A DNA stretch of 64,000 nucleotides from an uncultured Alphaproteobacteria bacterium. Its GTDB lineage: Bacteria; Pseudomonadota; Alphaproteobacteria; HIMB59; GCA-002718135. Within the stretch, counting starts at the first letter, position 1; each line of letters starts with the position of its first letter. The stretch spans positions 666 to 64,665 of the forward strand of contig CACHBB010000005.1 in assembly GCA_902577945.1 (NCBI GenBank), given 5' to 3'. This document shows positions 20,948-30,507 of the stretch, piece by piece. The notes under the pieces were generated by a model. That model did no database searches, was not told where the DNA came from, and was given only the letters and a program-made list of their open reading frames with translations. Position numbers and translations under genes: made by a program.

Positions 20948-21886
20948 TTAAAATTTAATTAATTTATGTTTAGAGATTCCATCAAATTTTTTTACAAAAG
21001 GTGGTCTTGATATTGGAGCTTTATTATACCACTCACATATTTCTTCGAAGATAATACTATCAGAATTTAACCAATCGTATTCATCAAAATTAGAATAGGA
21101 ATTATCAAAAAGTTTTTTAGAAACTCTATTACAACAGTAAAAAAAAGTATTTTTTGTTTTCTGTTTCCTCATAAAATTAAAATATCTTTCTATTGTATTC
21201 ATATTCATTTCTTGCATAGATGCTATATTAAAAAAGAAATCAATGTGATCAATTTCAATATCAAATATATCTTCAGCTGGTATGAATACACAATCAGATA
21301 AAATATTTTTCTCTTTATTGTTATTTTCAATTATTTCCATATTTCCAAAAATATTGCTTAAAGAAGTAAACAAATAATCATATATTAAAATTTTTCCTAA
21401 ATTAATTTGAACTATTTTTATATCTGGAAACAAAGATTTAAGTAATATACCCATAAAACCATTGCCATCACCAATTATACAAACTGTCAATTTGTTAAAA
21501 TCAAATCTATATTTTGTTAAATGATCTATAATTATAGCATTTTTAACACAATTAAATGAAACAAGTCTTCTTTGAAGTTTAATTACTTTGTACATATTAT
21601 TTATAATATTTGAAGGTAATGTTTTTATCAGCTTGTTTAGATAAATTTTTTTTGGAATATCAATCAAATAATTTTTTAGATTATTTTCTTTGTAATCATC
21701 AAATCCTGCTTGATGTAATAAAACTTCATTTTTTGATTTATCATATCGAATTAACGTTTTTGGAAGGTAATATTTCCAATGAGATGAAATATGCTCTTCA
21801 GAAAAATTACTTTCAATATTTATAAATTTATTAAATAATAAATTAAAATTATCTAAATCCTCTTCTTTTAATAAAATTTTCAACAA
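20948..21886 (-). CDS. Hypothetical protein, possible class I SAM-dependent (sugar O-) methyltransferase
   Basis: 312 aa. Glycine-rich VCIIGDGNGFMG followed by beta-alpha-like alternation. N-terminal SSHWKYY segment reminiscent of putative sugar O-methyltransferases. No other glycan genes are adjacent. Confidence 0.4.
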   Translation of the reverse strand: MLKILLKEEDLDNFNLLFNKFINIESNFSEEHISSHWKYYLPKTLIRYDKSKNEVLLHQAGFDDYKENNLKNYLIDIPKKIYLNKLIKTLPSNIINNMYKVIKLQRRLVSFNCVKNAIIIDHLTKYRFDFNKLTVCIIGDGNGFMGILLKSLFPDIKIVQINLGKILIYDYLFTSLSNIFGNMEIIENNNKEKNILSDCVFIPAEDIFDIEIDHIDFFFNIASMQEMNMNTIERYFNFMRKQKTKNTFFYCCNRVSKKLFDNSYSNFDEYDWLNSDSIIFEEICEWYNKAPISRPPFVKKFDGISKHKLIKF

Positions 21887-21890
21887 TTTA

Positions 21891-23444
21891 TTACTCCCAC
21901 TCTATTGTTCCTGGCGGTTTAGATGTAAAATCATATAAAACTCTATTTATTCCCTTAACATTGTTAATTATCCTTGATGATATTTCTTTTAACTGTGAAT
22001 TTGTAAACATATAAAAATCTGCAGTCATGCCGTCAACGGAAGTAATTGCTCTAAGAGAAACCGAATAATTGTAAGTTCTTTCATCACCCATAACACCAAC
22101 AGCTTTTACAGGCAATAAAACAACAAATGCTTGCCAAATTTTATCATAAAGTTTTTTTTCTTTTAAATAATTTATAAATATAAAGTCAGCTTCTTGTAAG
22201 ATTGAGATTTTTTCTTTTGTTATATATCCTGGAATTCTTATTGCTAGCCCAGGACCGGGGAAAGGATGTCTCATTAAAAGTTTTTTACTAATTTTTAATT
22301 TCGTACCAACTTTCCTAACTTCATCTTTGAATAATTCTCTTAAAGGCTCAACTACTTTAAGCTTCATTTTTTTTGGCAATCCACCTACATTATGATGACT
22401 TTTAATTTTTGCAGTTGGACCTTCAAAAAAAGGAATACTTTCAATAACATCAGGATAAAGTGTACCTTGCCCTAAAAAATCTACCTCAGTTATTTTTTTT
22501 GAAGCTTTTTCAAATACTTCAATGAATGTTTTACCAATTATTTTTCTTTTTTTCTCAGGGTCAGAAATATTTTTTAAATTATTTAAAAAAATATATGAAG
22601 CGTTGACTTTGATAAAATTATTTTTAAATTTTTTTTTGAATATTCTCTCTACTTCTGTTGCTTCATTTTTTCTAAGAAGTCCGTGATCAACAAAAATACA
22701 ATATAAATTTTTATTTACAGCTTTATTTAATAGGTATGCTGTCACAGTAGAGTCAACACCTCCTGACAAACCACATATGATTTTTTTATCTTTAATTATT
22801 GTTTTTAATTGAATTATTTTATCATTGATAAAACTATCAATTACAAACTTGTCTTTAATTTTAGAAATTTCAAAAACAAAATTTTTAATAATTTTTGAAC
22901 CATAATCTGTGTGAAAAACTTCTGGGTGAAATTGTAAGCAATAAATTTTATCCTTTTTATTTTCAATCGAAGAGATTATTTTATTTTGTGAATTAGATGA
23001 TATAATGAATTTCTTAGGTATTTTTTGTATATTATCTCCATGAGACATCCATACTTTAAGTTTGTTTCCTTTAATACCTTTAAACAGCAATGATTTTTTT
23101 TTGATATCAACTAAAGTATGCCCATACTCTCTGAACGTTGATTTTTTAACCTTACCCTTTAATGTTTTGGTCACTAATTGCATACCATAACATATTGCGA
23201 GTATTGGTTTTTGTAATTGTATGATACTTTTATCTAAACTTGGTGATTTTTTATCTAGTACTGATTTTGGACCTCCAGATAAAATAATTGCTGATGGATT
23301 AATTTTATTTAATAATTTTTTTGTTATTTTATGAAATGGATAAACTAAACAAAAAATTTCTATTTCTCTTATTCTTCTTGCAATTAATTGTGTATATTGT
23401 GAACCATAATCAATAATTAAAATACATTCAGTTTTTTTATTCAT
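21891..23444 (-). CDS. guaA: GMP synthase (glutamine-hydrolysing)
   Basis: GATase CYGMQL and HPE motifs, PP-loop LSGGVDSTV, C-terminal KPPGTIEWE. Confidence 0.95.
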   Translation of the reverse strand: MNKKTECILIIDYGSQYTQLIARRIREIEIFCLVYPFHKITKKLLNKINPSAIILSGGPKSVLDKKSPSLDKSIIQLQKPILAICYGMQLVTKTLKGKVKKSTFREYGHTLVDIKKKSLLFKGIKGNKLKVWMSHGDNIQKIPKKFIISSNSQNKIISSIENKKDKIYCLQFHPEVFHTDYGSKIIKNFVFEISKIKDKFVIDSFINDKIIQLKTIIKDKKIICGLSGGVDSTVTAYLLNKAVNKNLYCIFVDHGLLRKNEATEVERIFKKKFKNNFIKVNASYIFLNNLKNISDPEKKRKIIGKTFIEVFEKASKKITEVDFLGQGTLYPDVIESIPFFEGPTAKIKSHHNVGGLPKKMKLKVVEPLRELFKDEVRKVGTKLKISKKLLMRHPFPGPGLAIRIPGYITKEKISILQEADFIFINYLKEKKLYDKIWQAFVVLLPVKAVGVMGDERTYNYSVSLRAITSVDGMTADFYMFTNSQLKEISSRIINNVKGINRVLYDFTSKPPGTIEWE

Positions 23445-24033
23445 ATGCTTGATATTCTATTGCTATAATAAAGATCTCACTTGATTCTTGTCTTGATGAT
23501 TTTGGTTTAAAATATTCAACTTTATTAAAAACTAATTTTAGCTTTTTTATTATTTCTTTTTCTTCCTCACCTTTCCAAATTTTAAAAATAAACCATCCTT
23601 TATTTTTAATTGTGCTATCTAATATATTAATAATTTCAAAGATCATTTGACTAATTTTTAAGTGATCAGTAGATTTGTGACCAGTAGTATTTGGGGCTAA
23701 ATCAGATAAAATTAGATCAAATCTAACATTTTGATTTTTAAAATTGTAACTTAAGAAGTCTTTTTTAAAAAAGTTAATTCTATTATTTTTTATTTTCATA
23801 TCTAGTAAATCGAAACAAGTTATATTTGAACTAATATTAGAATTAATTATGACTTGTGTCCAACCTCCAGGTGATGAGCCCAGTTCTAAAATATCTTTTG
23901 ATTTTTTAATTATTCCATACTTTTTCTCAATTTCTTCTAATTTAAATGCAGCTCTATTTATGTAACCTAATTGTTTAGCCCTTTTTACAAATTGATCATT
24001 TTTATGACGTAAAACCCATGTTTTTGATTTCAT
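23437..24033 (-). CDS. rlmE: 23S rRNA (uridine2552-2'-O)-methyltransferase RlmE/FtsJ
   Basis: WVLRHKNDQFVKRAKQLGYINRAAFKLEEI, ELGSSPGGWTQV and LSDLAPNTTG motifs. Confidence 0.85.
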   Translation of the reverse strand: MKSKTWVLRHKNDQFVKRAKQLGYINRAAFKLEEIEKKYGIIKKSKDILELGSSPGGWTQVIINSNISSNITCFDLLDMKIKNNRINFFKKDFLSYNFKNQNVRFDLILSDLAPNTTGHKSTDHLKISQMIFEIINILDSTIKNKGWFIFKIWKGEEEKEIIKKLKLVFNKVEYFKPKSSRQESSEIFIIAIEYQAYE

Positions 24034-24066
24034 AATTATAGATAATATCTAACAAAAAATTGTTTT

Positions 24067-25338
24067 TTGTTAACTTTAATATATATGAAAGTACGATATT
24101 CCATGAAAAGATCAATAATTATAGCTATAATAATACTCGCTGCTGTTGCTGGATGGATTATTTCTGGGCAATTTTCAAATGATACTGCTCAAAATGATAA
24201 TGCGAAAGAAAACAATAAAGAGGTATCAGACTATAAACCTGCAACTACTGATGAAAATGATAAATTAATTTTTTCTGTAGAAACTAAAATTTTTAATTCA
24301 AGTTTAATCGACCAATCAATTGAATTGCAAGGACAAACCACCTATAATAAAAAAATAGATGTAAAATCTGAAACATCTGGAAACATAGATAAAATAGTAT
24401 TTGCTAGAGGCGATAAAGTTTCTCAAAATTCAGAAATGATAACTATATCACTTGAGGATAGAAATGAAAAACTGCTAAGTGCAAAAGAAGATTTAGAAAG
24501 GTTTTCTAAAGAACTTATTCTTAATGAAAAAAACAGAGATAATTTGCTAAGACAAAATATTGAAAGAATAGAATTGTATGAAATAGAATATGCATCCACT
24601 AAGCAATTAGTTGATAAAGGATTAAGTTCGAAATCTAAATTAAGCCTTGCTTCTTTTAACTTAGCAAATGCTAGAGCTGATAGAGAAGACATTAAAATAA
24701 AATTTGAATCTACACTTGCAAATCTTGAAGCTCAAATTACTAACGTAAAATCAAAATTAAAAAATATTAAATTAGATATAAATAATACAAGTATTAAAGC
24801 GCCATTTGATGGAATTATTTCTGAAAAAATGGTTGAGGAAACTGAATTTATTTCAATTGGGACTCCTTTATTTACTATCATAGATTTAGACCCTATTAAA
24901 ATTGAAGGTTATTTATCTGAATTTGATGTTAATAAGGTTAGTGTTGGTACAAAAGCAAGCATTGAAGATAGTAATGGAATAAAAAAAACAGGGGTAATCT
25001 CATTTATATCCCCTTCTGCTAAAACTAGTACACGCACTTTCGAAATTACAATTGAAGCAGATAATAAAGATCTTTCATATAAAAGCGGAATAACCACAAA
25101 AATTATAATTAAAGGATCAGAATTAAAAGCACACAAAATTCCTCCTTCCATTTTAACTTTACAAGATGATGGAACAGTTGGCGTTAAAGCAGTAGATGAT
25201 GATAATAAAGTTATCTTTTATCCGACCAAAACTATTAAAGATACAATTGATGGAATGTGGGTGTCTGGTTTGCCTGAAAAGGTTAAATTAATTGTAAGTG
25301 GTCAAGAATATATAAGTATAGGTGAAATAATTAATTAA
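24067..25338 (+). CDS. RND efflux periplasmic adaptor (membrane fusion protein, HlyD/AcrA family)
   Basis: N-terminal TM anchor, coiled-coil hairpin region, KAPFDGIIS lipoyl-like motif, beta-barrel C-terminus. Immediately precedes the RND pump. The true start is probably the ATG at 24085 or 24103 rather than the TTG at 24067. Confidence 0.8.
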   Translation: MLTLIYMKVRYSMKRSIIIAIIILAAVAGWIISGQFSNDTAQNDNAKENNKEVSDYKPATTDENDKLIFSVETKIFNSSLIDQSIELQGQTTYNKKIDVKSETSGNIDKIVFARGDKVSQNSEMITISLEDRNEKLLSAKEDLERFSKELILNEKNRDNLLRQNIERIELYEIEYASTKQLVDKGLSSKSKLSLASFNLANARADREDIKIKFESTLANLEAQITNVKSKLKNIKLDINNTSIKAPFDGIISEKMVEETEFISIGTPLFTIIDLDPIKIEGYLSEFDVNKVSVGTKASIEDSNGIKKTGVISFISPSAKTSTRTFEITIEADNKDLSYKSGITTKIIIKGSELKAHKIPPSILTLQDDGTVGVKAVDDDNKVIFYPTKTIKDTIDGMWVSGLPEKVKLIVSGQEYISIGEIIN

Positions 25339-25343
25339 TTTTA

Positions 25344-28300
25344 ATGAATATTAATATTATAGATTACGCAATAAGTCATTCCCGAGTGTTTATGGGAATA
25401 CTTTTCTTTATCATTTTTTCTGGTGCTTCAACTTATTTAACTATGCCAAAAGAATCATCTCCTGATGTGAGCATTCCAATAGTTTATATCTCACTTCATC
25501 AAAATGGGATATCAGCTCAAGACTCAGAGAGATTACTAGTTAAGCCTATTGAAGATGAGGTAAAAACTGTAGAAGGAGTAAAAGAAGTAAGATCAACAGC
25601 ATACTCAGGTGGAGGAAACGTAATATTAGAATTTGATGCTGGATTTGACTCTGACCAAGCTATGGTTGATATAAGAGATAAAGTAGATAGAGTTAAAGGC
25701 GATCTTCCAAATGAAGCAGATGAACCTACTGTTAACGAAGTTAATATTAGCACATTCCCAATCATCTCTATTTCTTTAAGTGGAGACGTCCCAAACAGAA
25801 CACTACAAGACTTAGCTGACAAATTACAAGACGATATAGAGACAATACCTAGTGTATTAGAAGCAAAAATAGGCGGTAAAAGAAACGAACAGGTTGATAT
25901 CCTTATAAATCCTACAGCTATAGAAAGTTATGATATCAATCTGGAAAGTTTAATCAATATAGTAAGAGAGAATAATAAAATGGTATCTGCAGGAGGACAA
26001 GATACTGGCGATGGTAGTTTTGATATTAAAGTACCTGGTTTGTATGAAACTATTGATGATATTTTAAATACTCCAGTAAAAACAAATGGAGACTCCGTAA
26101 TCACATTTAGAGATATTGCTGAAGTTAAAAGAACTTTTGAAGATAGACAATCTTATGCAAATGTTAATGGATCTAACTCTATTACTATTGATGTTTCAAA
26201 AAGAATTGGAGAAAATATCATTAATACTATTAATGAAGTTAAAAAAGTGTCATCTAGTACATCACAAAGTTTTCCAGATAATGTAGAATTATCTTTTGGA
26301 AACGATCAATCAAAAGGTATTAAAAACATGTTAAATAGCCTTCAAAATAATGTAATTGCAGCAATAATTCTTGTTTTGATAATAATCCTTGGTGCACTAG
26401 GAGTCAGATCAGGATTATTGGTTGGCGTATCAATACCAGGTTCTTTTTTATCAGGGTTATTAGCTCTTTCAATAATGGGCTTTACAATCAATATAGTTGT
26501 TTTATTTGCCTTAATTTTATCAGTTGGATTATTAGTTGATGGGGCTATTGTAGTTGTTGAATACGCTGACAGAAAAATGAAGGAAGGACTCAGTGTAAAA
26601 AATGCTTTTGCAAATGCATCAAAAAAAATGTCCTTACCAATAATCTCATCTACAGCTACGACTTTAGCGGCTTTCCTTCCTTTAATATTTTGGCCAGGAA
26701 TAGCTGGTGAGTTTATGAAATATCTACCAATAACTCTTATATGTGTTCTTATTTCTTCTTTATTTATGGCTTTACTATTTGTTCCTGTATTAGGGTCAAT
26801 ACTAAACACAGTTTCAAGAATTCTTCTTCAATTTATTATACCTCTACTAATTTCGTTAATATTTTTTAATATAACAACTTTTGCATTAGGTATGTTAGAT
26901 TTTCAAAGATTTAATTTATTAATTACAATTTTAAAATATCTTTTAAGCTTTGGATTGTTTATTTTTGTATTTATTAAAATCATACCAAGAGTTTATAAAA
27001 TTTCAGAAAAAGTAAATTCTACAGATAAATTAATTTCAAGAAATGCAATAATATTATCATCAGAATCAAATGAGCCTGTATTAAATGCAACTGGATTTGT
27101 TGGAATTTATGCAAAAATATTAAATTTTTTATTGAACCATCCTTTAAAAGTTATGATTAGCGCATTAATAATTTTAGTTGCAGTAAATTATACTTATACA
27201 AAAGTTGGTGAAGGCGTAGAATTTTTTCCTGATGTAGAACCAGACCTTGCCAAAATTGTTGTTTTTGCAAGAGGTAACCTTTCAGTTGAAGAAAAAAAAG
27301 AATATGTATCTAGAGTTGAAAATATTATTTTAAAATTACAGTCTGAAAAGCAAGAATTTAAAAATATTTATTCTTTAAGTGGGAATGTAAGTGAAGAATC
27401 GGAATCGTCTGAAGATTTTATTGGTTCAGTTAGTCTTGAATACAATGATTGGGACAAAAGAAGAAAATCTAAAGTAATTCTTGCAGAAATTTTAGAAGCA
27501 ACAAAAAGCATAAATGGTATTAAAGTTGAATCTAGAGAACAACAAGGAGGGCCAGGTGATGGTAAACCAATTAATATCAAATTAACAAGTGAAAATAAAC
27601 AATTGTTAATTTCTGAAGGTATTAAGTTAAAAAAATTTATGGATAATTACCCAAAATTAATGAATGTTGAAGATAATTTACCAGCACCAGGAATTGAATG
27701 GGAGATAAATGTAGACAGAAAACAAGCATCAAAATTTGGAGCTAATATCACTTCCATAGGTAATGTGATTAAACTTGCAACTAATGGTTTGAAACTGGGT
27801 GAATATAGACCAGATGATAGTAATGAAAGTATACCTCTCCATTTACGTTACCCAAATGAAGGGAGAACATTAGATAGAATAGATAATTTAAGAGTTTCTA
27901 CTTCTAATGGTCTCGTTCCTATTTCTAACTTTGTAAATATTGTTCCAAATAATAGAACAGGAAATATAATTAGAGTAAACTCAAAAAATGCAATTAATAT
28001 TCAAGCAGATGTTGAGCCAGGTGTTTATCCAGATGGTAAAGTTAGAGAATTAGAGTACGTTTTAGGTATATCTGATATAGCTCCTTCATGGAGAGGAAGG
28101 ACACTAGATGTACCACGATATAATTTAAATGATGCTGTTAAAGCTGAACTTATAGGTGAAAATGAAGATCAAAAACAAGCTCAACAATTTTTAACCAAGG
28201 CATTTGGTGTTGCTCTATTTTTAATGCTTATGATTTTACTTTTACAATTTAATAGTTTTTATAGTGCATTTTTGATTCTATTTGCAGTTGTTATGTCTAC

Positions 28301-28739
28301 AGCTGGTGTATTTATTGGTCTAATGGTTACAGCACAGCCTTTTGGAATAGTGATGTCAGGTGTGGGAGTAATTGCCCTTGCAGGAATTGTTGTTAATAAT
28401 AATATCATATTAATAGATACATTTGATTTTTTGAAAACAAGAACATCAAATATAAGAGATGCAATAATCAAAACTGGTGCACAAAGGTTAAGACCAGTAT
28501 TACTGACAACTACTACTACAGTACTCGGTTTGTTACCGATGGTGACAATGACAAATGTTGATTTTATTTCAAGAGAAATTACAAGAGGGTCACCAGATAC
28601 TCAATGGTGGGTACAATTATCAACTGCTATTGTTTTTGGTTTACTATTTGCAACTTTTCTTACTTTAGTTGTTACTCCATCTGCTCTAATGTTTAGAGAA
28701 AATATTAAAAATTGGTATAAAAATAAGATTACTAATTAG
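25344..28739 (+). CDS. RND efflux pump, AcrB/AcrD/AcrF (HAE1-like) family, with an unusual ~95-aa hydrophobic insertion between TM6 and TM7
   Basis: 1131 aa. TM1 plus a large periplasmic loop, then a 5-TM block, repeated twice. Conserved VGLLVDGAIVVVE and GIVVNNNIILID motifs in TM4/TM10. Confidence 0.9.
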   Translation: MNINIIDYAISHSRVFMGILFFIIFSGASTYLTMPKESSPDVSIPIVYISLHQNGISAQDSERLLVKPIEDEVKTVEGVKEVRSTAYSGGGNVILEFDAGFDSDQAMVDIRDKVDRVKGDLPNEADEPTVNEVNISTFPIISISLSGDVPNRTLQDLADKLQDDIETIPSVLEAKIGGKRNEQVDILINPTAIESYDINLESLINIVRENNKMVSAGGQDTGDGSFDIKVPGLYETIDDILNTPVKTNGDSVITFRDIAEVKRTFEDRQSYANVNGSNSITIDVSKRIGENIINTINEVKKVSSSTSQSFPDNVELSFGNDQSKGIKNMLNSLQNNVIAAIILVLIIILGALGVRSGLLVGVSIPGSFLSGLLALSIMGFTINIVVLFALILSVGLLVDGAIVVVEYADRKMKEGLSVKNAFANASKKMSLPIISSTATTLAAFLPLIFWPGIAGEFMKYLPITLICVLISSLFMALLFVPVLGSILNTVSRILLQFIIPLLISLIFFNITTFALGMLDFQRFNLLITILKYLLSFGLFIFVFIKIIPRVYKISEKVNSTDKLISRNAIILSSESNEPVLNATGFVGIYAKILNFLLNHPLKVMISALIILVAVNYTYTKVGEGVEFFPDVEPDLAKIVVFARGNLSVEEKKEYVSRVENIILKLQSEKQEFKNIYSLSGNVSEESESSEDFIGSVSLEYNDWDKRRKSKVILAEILEATKSINGIKVESREQQGGPGDGKPINIKLTSENKQLLISEGIKLKKFMDNYPKLMNVEDNLPAPGIEWEINVDRKQASKFGANITSIGNVIKLATNGLKLGEYRPDDSNESIPLHLRYPNEGRTLDRIDNLRVSTSNGLVPISNFVNIVPNNRTGNIIRVNSKNAINIQADVEPGVYPDGKVRELEYVLGISDIAPSWRGRTLDVPRYNLNDAVKAELIGENEDQKQAQQFLTKAFGVALFLMLMILLLQFNSFYSAFLILFAVVMSTAGVFIGLMVTAQPFGIVMSGVGVIALAGIVVNNNIILIDTFDFLKTRTSNIRDAIIKTGAQRLRPVLLTTTTTVLGLLPMVTMTNVDFISREITRGSPDTQWWVQLSTAIVFGLLFATFLTLVVTPSALMFRENIKNWYKNKITN

Positions 28740-28759
28740 TTTTTTTCTAATTAAAATAT

Positions 28760-29311
28760 ATGACAGTTAAATCTATAACAGTATATTGTTCTTCATCTGA
28801 TTTATTAGATAATGAATATTATGAAGATGCCAAAAAAATTGGTAAGCTAATTTCATCATTAGAATTTAATATTGTTTACGGTGGTGCCAAAGTTGGCACA
28901 ATGGGTGAAATAGCAAAAACAGCAAAAAAATATGGTAATAAAGTTATTGGCGTTATTCCAATGTTTTTATCAAAAAAAGAAATTATTTATGAGGATATTG
29001 ATGATTTAAAAGTTGTTAACGATATGTCAGAGAGAAAAAAAATACTTTTTGAGCTTGGAGATGCGTATTTAGCATTACCAGGAGGAACAGGGACTTTAGA
29101 AGAAATAGTAGAAGTGTTATCTTGGAAAGTTATGGGAATTCATAATAAGCCAATAATATTTTTTAATAAAAATAATTTCTGGGATAATCTATTTCAACAA
29201 TTTAAATTTTTTGAAGATGAACATTTTACAAATAAAAATTTACAAAACAGTTTTCACATTATAGATACGGTTGATCAATTAAAAAATATATTAATTACAT
29301 GGCAAAGATAA
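28760..29311 (+). CDS. LOG-family nucleotide 5'-monophosphate nucleosidase (TIGR00730-like)
   Basis: [12 protein letters not shown] and [13 protein letters not shown] (PGGxGTxxE) motifs. 183 aa. Confidence 0.8.
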   Translation: MTVKSITVYCSSSDLLDNEYYEDAKKIGKLISSLEFNIVYGGAKVGTMGEIAKTAKKYGNKVIGVIPMFLSKKEIIYEDIDDLKVVNDMSERKKILFELGDAYLALPGGTGTLEEIVEVLSWKVMGIHNKPIIFFNKNNFWDNLFQQFKFFEDEHFTNKNLQNSFHIIDTVDQLKNILITWQR

Positions 29312-30507
29312 AAGTTAAAAATCCTGTAGTCGAAATGGATGGCGATGAAATGACCAGAATTATCTGGGAATACATCAAAGAACAATTAATATTACCCTAT
29401 CTTGATATTGATATTAAATATTTTGATCTTGGAGTGATTAAAAGAGATGAAACTAATGATCAAATTACAATAGACGCAGCGGAAGCAGTGAAAAAATATG
29501 GTGTAGGAATAAAATGTGCAACAATTACACCAGATGAAAATCGAGTGACAGAATTCAAATTAAAACAAATGTGGCGATCACCAAATGGAACAATAAGAAA
29601 TATACTTGGAGGAACTATATTTAGACAACCAATTATATGCAAGAATGTTCCAAGAATAATTACAAACTGGAATTATCCAATCGTAGTTGCTAGACATGCC
29701 TTTGGTGATCAATATAGAGCCACTGACACATTAATAGATAAACCAGGAACACTTAAAATGGTTTTTGAACCTAAAGATGGGACTGAGGGATTTACAAAAG
29801 ATGTTTATGAATTTGAAAATTCTGGTGTAGCCCTATCAATGTATAATTTAGATAATTCAATTAAAGATTTTGCTAGAGCTTGTTTTAATTATGGACTTAA
29901 CCTTGGTTGGCCAGTTTACCTATCTACTAAAAATACTATTTTAAAAGTCTATGATGGAAGATTTAAAGATTTATTTCAGGAAGTATTTGATTCTGAATTT
30001 AAAAATAAGTTTAAAGAAAAAGATATAGTTTATGAACACAGATTAATCGACGATATGGTAGCATCAGCATTAAAATGGGAAGGTAATTTTATTTGGGCTT
30101 GTAAAAATTATGATGGAGATGTTCAATCAGACTCTGTTGCTCAAGGATTTGGATCATTGGGTTTAATGACAAGTGTTTTAATGACTCCAGATGGCAAAAC
30201 CGTAGAAGCTGAAGCTGCACATGGAACTGTTACTAGACATTATAGAAATCATCAGAAAGGTATGGAAACTTCTACTAATCCAATTGCATCAATTTTTGCT
30301 TGGACAAGAGGTTTAAGTTTTAGAGGAGAATTTGATGGTAACTATGAATTAATCAATTTTGCTAAAAAATTAGAAGAGACGTGTATCAAAACTGTAGAAG
30401 GTGGTGAAATGACAAAAGATTTGGCAATATTAATAAGCAAAGAACAGAAATGGTTGAACACTCAAGATTTTTTAAGTTCAATAAAAAATAATTTTCAAAC
30501 TAGCTAA
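29299..30507 (+). CDS. icd: NADP-dependent isocitrate dehydrogenase, eukaryote-like homodimeric type
   Basis: [22 protein letters not shown]-terminus, [17 protein letters not shown] and [10 protein letters not shown] motifs. 402 aa. Confidence 0.95.
   Translation: MAKIKVKNPVVEMDGDEMTRIIWEYIKEQLILPYLDIDIKYFDLGVIKRDETNDQITIDAAEAVKKYGVGIKCATITPDENRVTEFKLKQMWRSPNGTIRNILGGTIFRQPIICKNVPRIITNWNYPIVVARHAFGDQYRATDTLIDKPGTLKMVFEPKDGTEGFTKDVYEFENSGVALSMYNLDNSIKDFARACFNYGLNLGWPVYLSTKNTILKVYDGRFKDLFQEVFDSEFKNKFKEKDIVYEHRLIDDMVASALKWEGNFIWACKNYDGDVQSDSVAQGFGSLGLMTSVLMTPDGKTVEAEAAHGTVTRHYRNHQKGMETSTNPIASIFAWTRGLSFRGEFDGNYELINFAKKLEETCIKTVEGGEMTKDLAILISKEQKWLNTQDFLSSIKNNFQTS

Noticed and set aside
26342-26809. 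155-aa ORF antisense to the RND pump gene, together with similar antisense ORFs at 25517-25822, 27368-27580 and 28259-28471
   Set aside because: These are shadow ORFs in the complement frame of a relatively GC-richer conserved gene. None has a recognisable domain.
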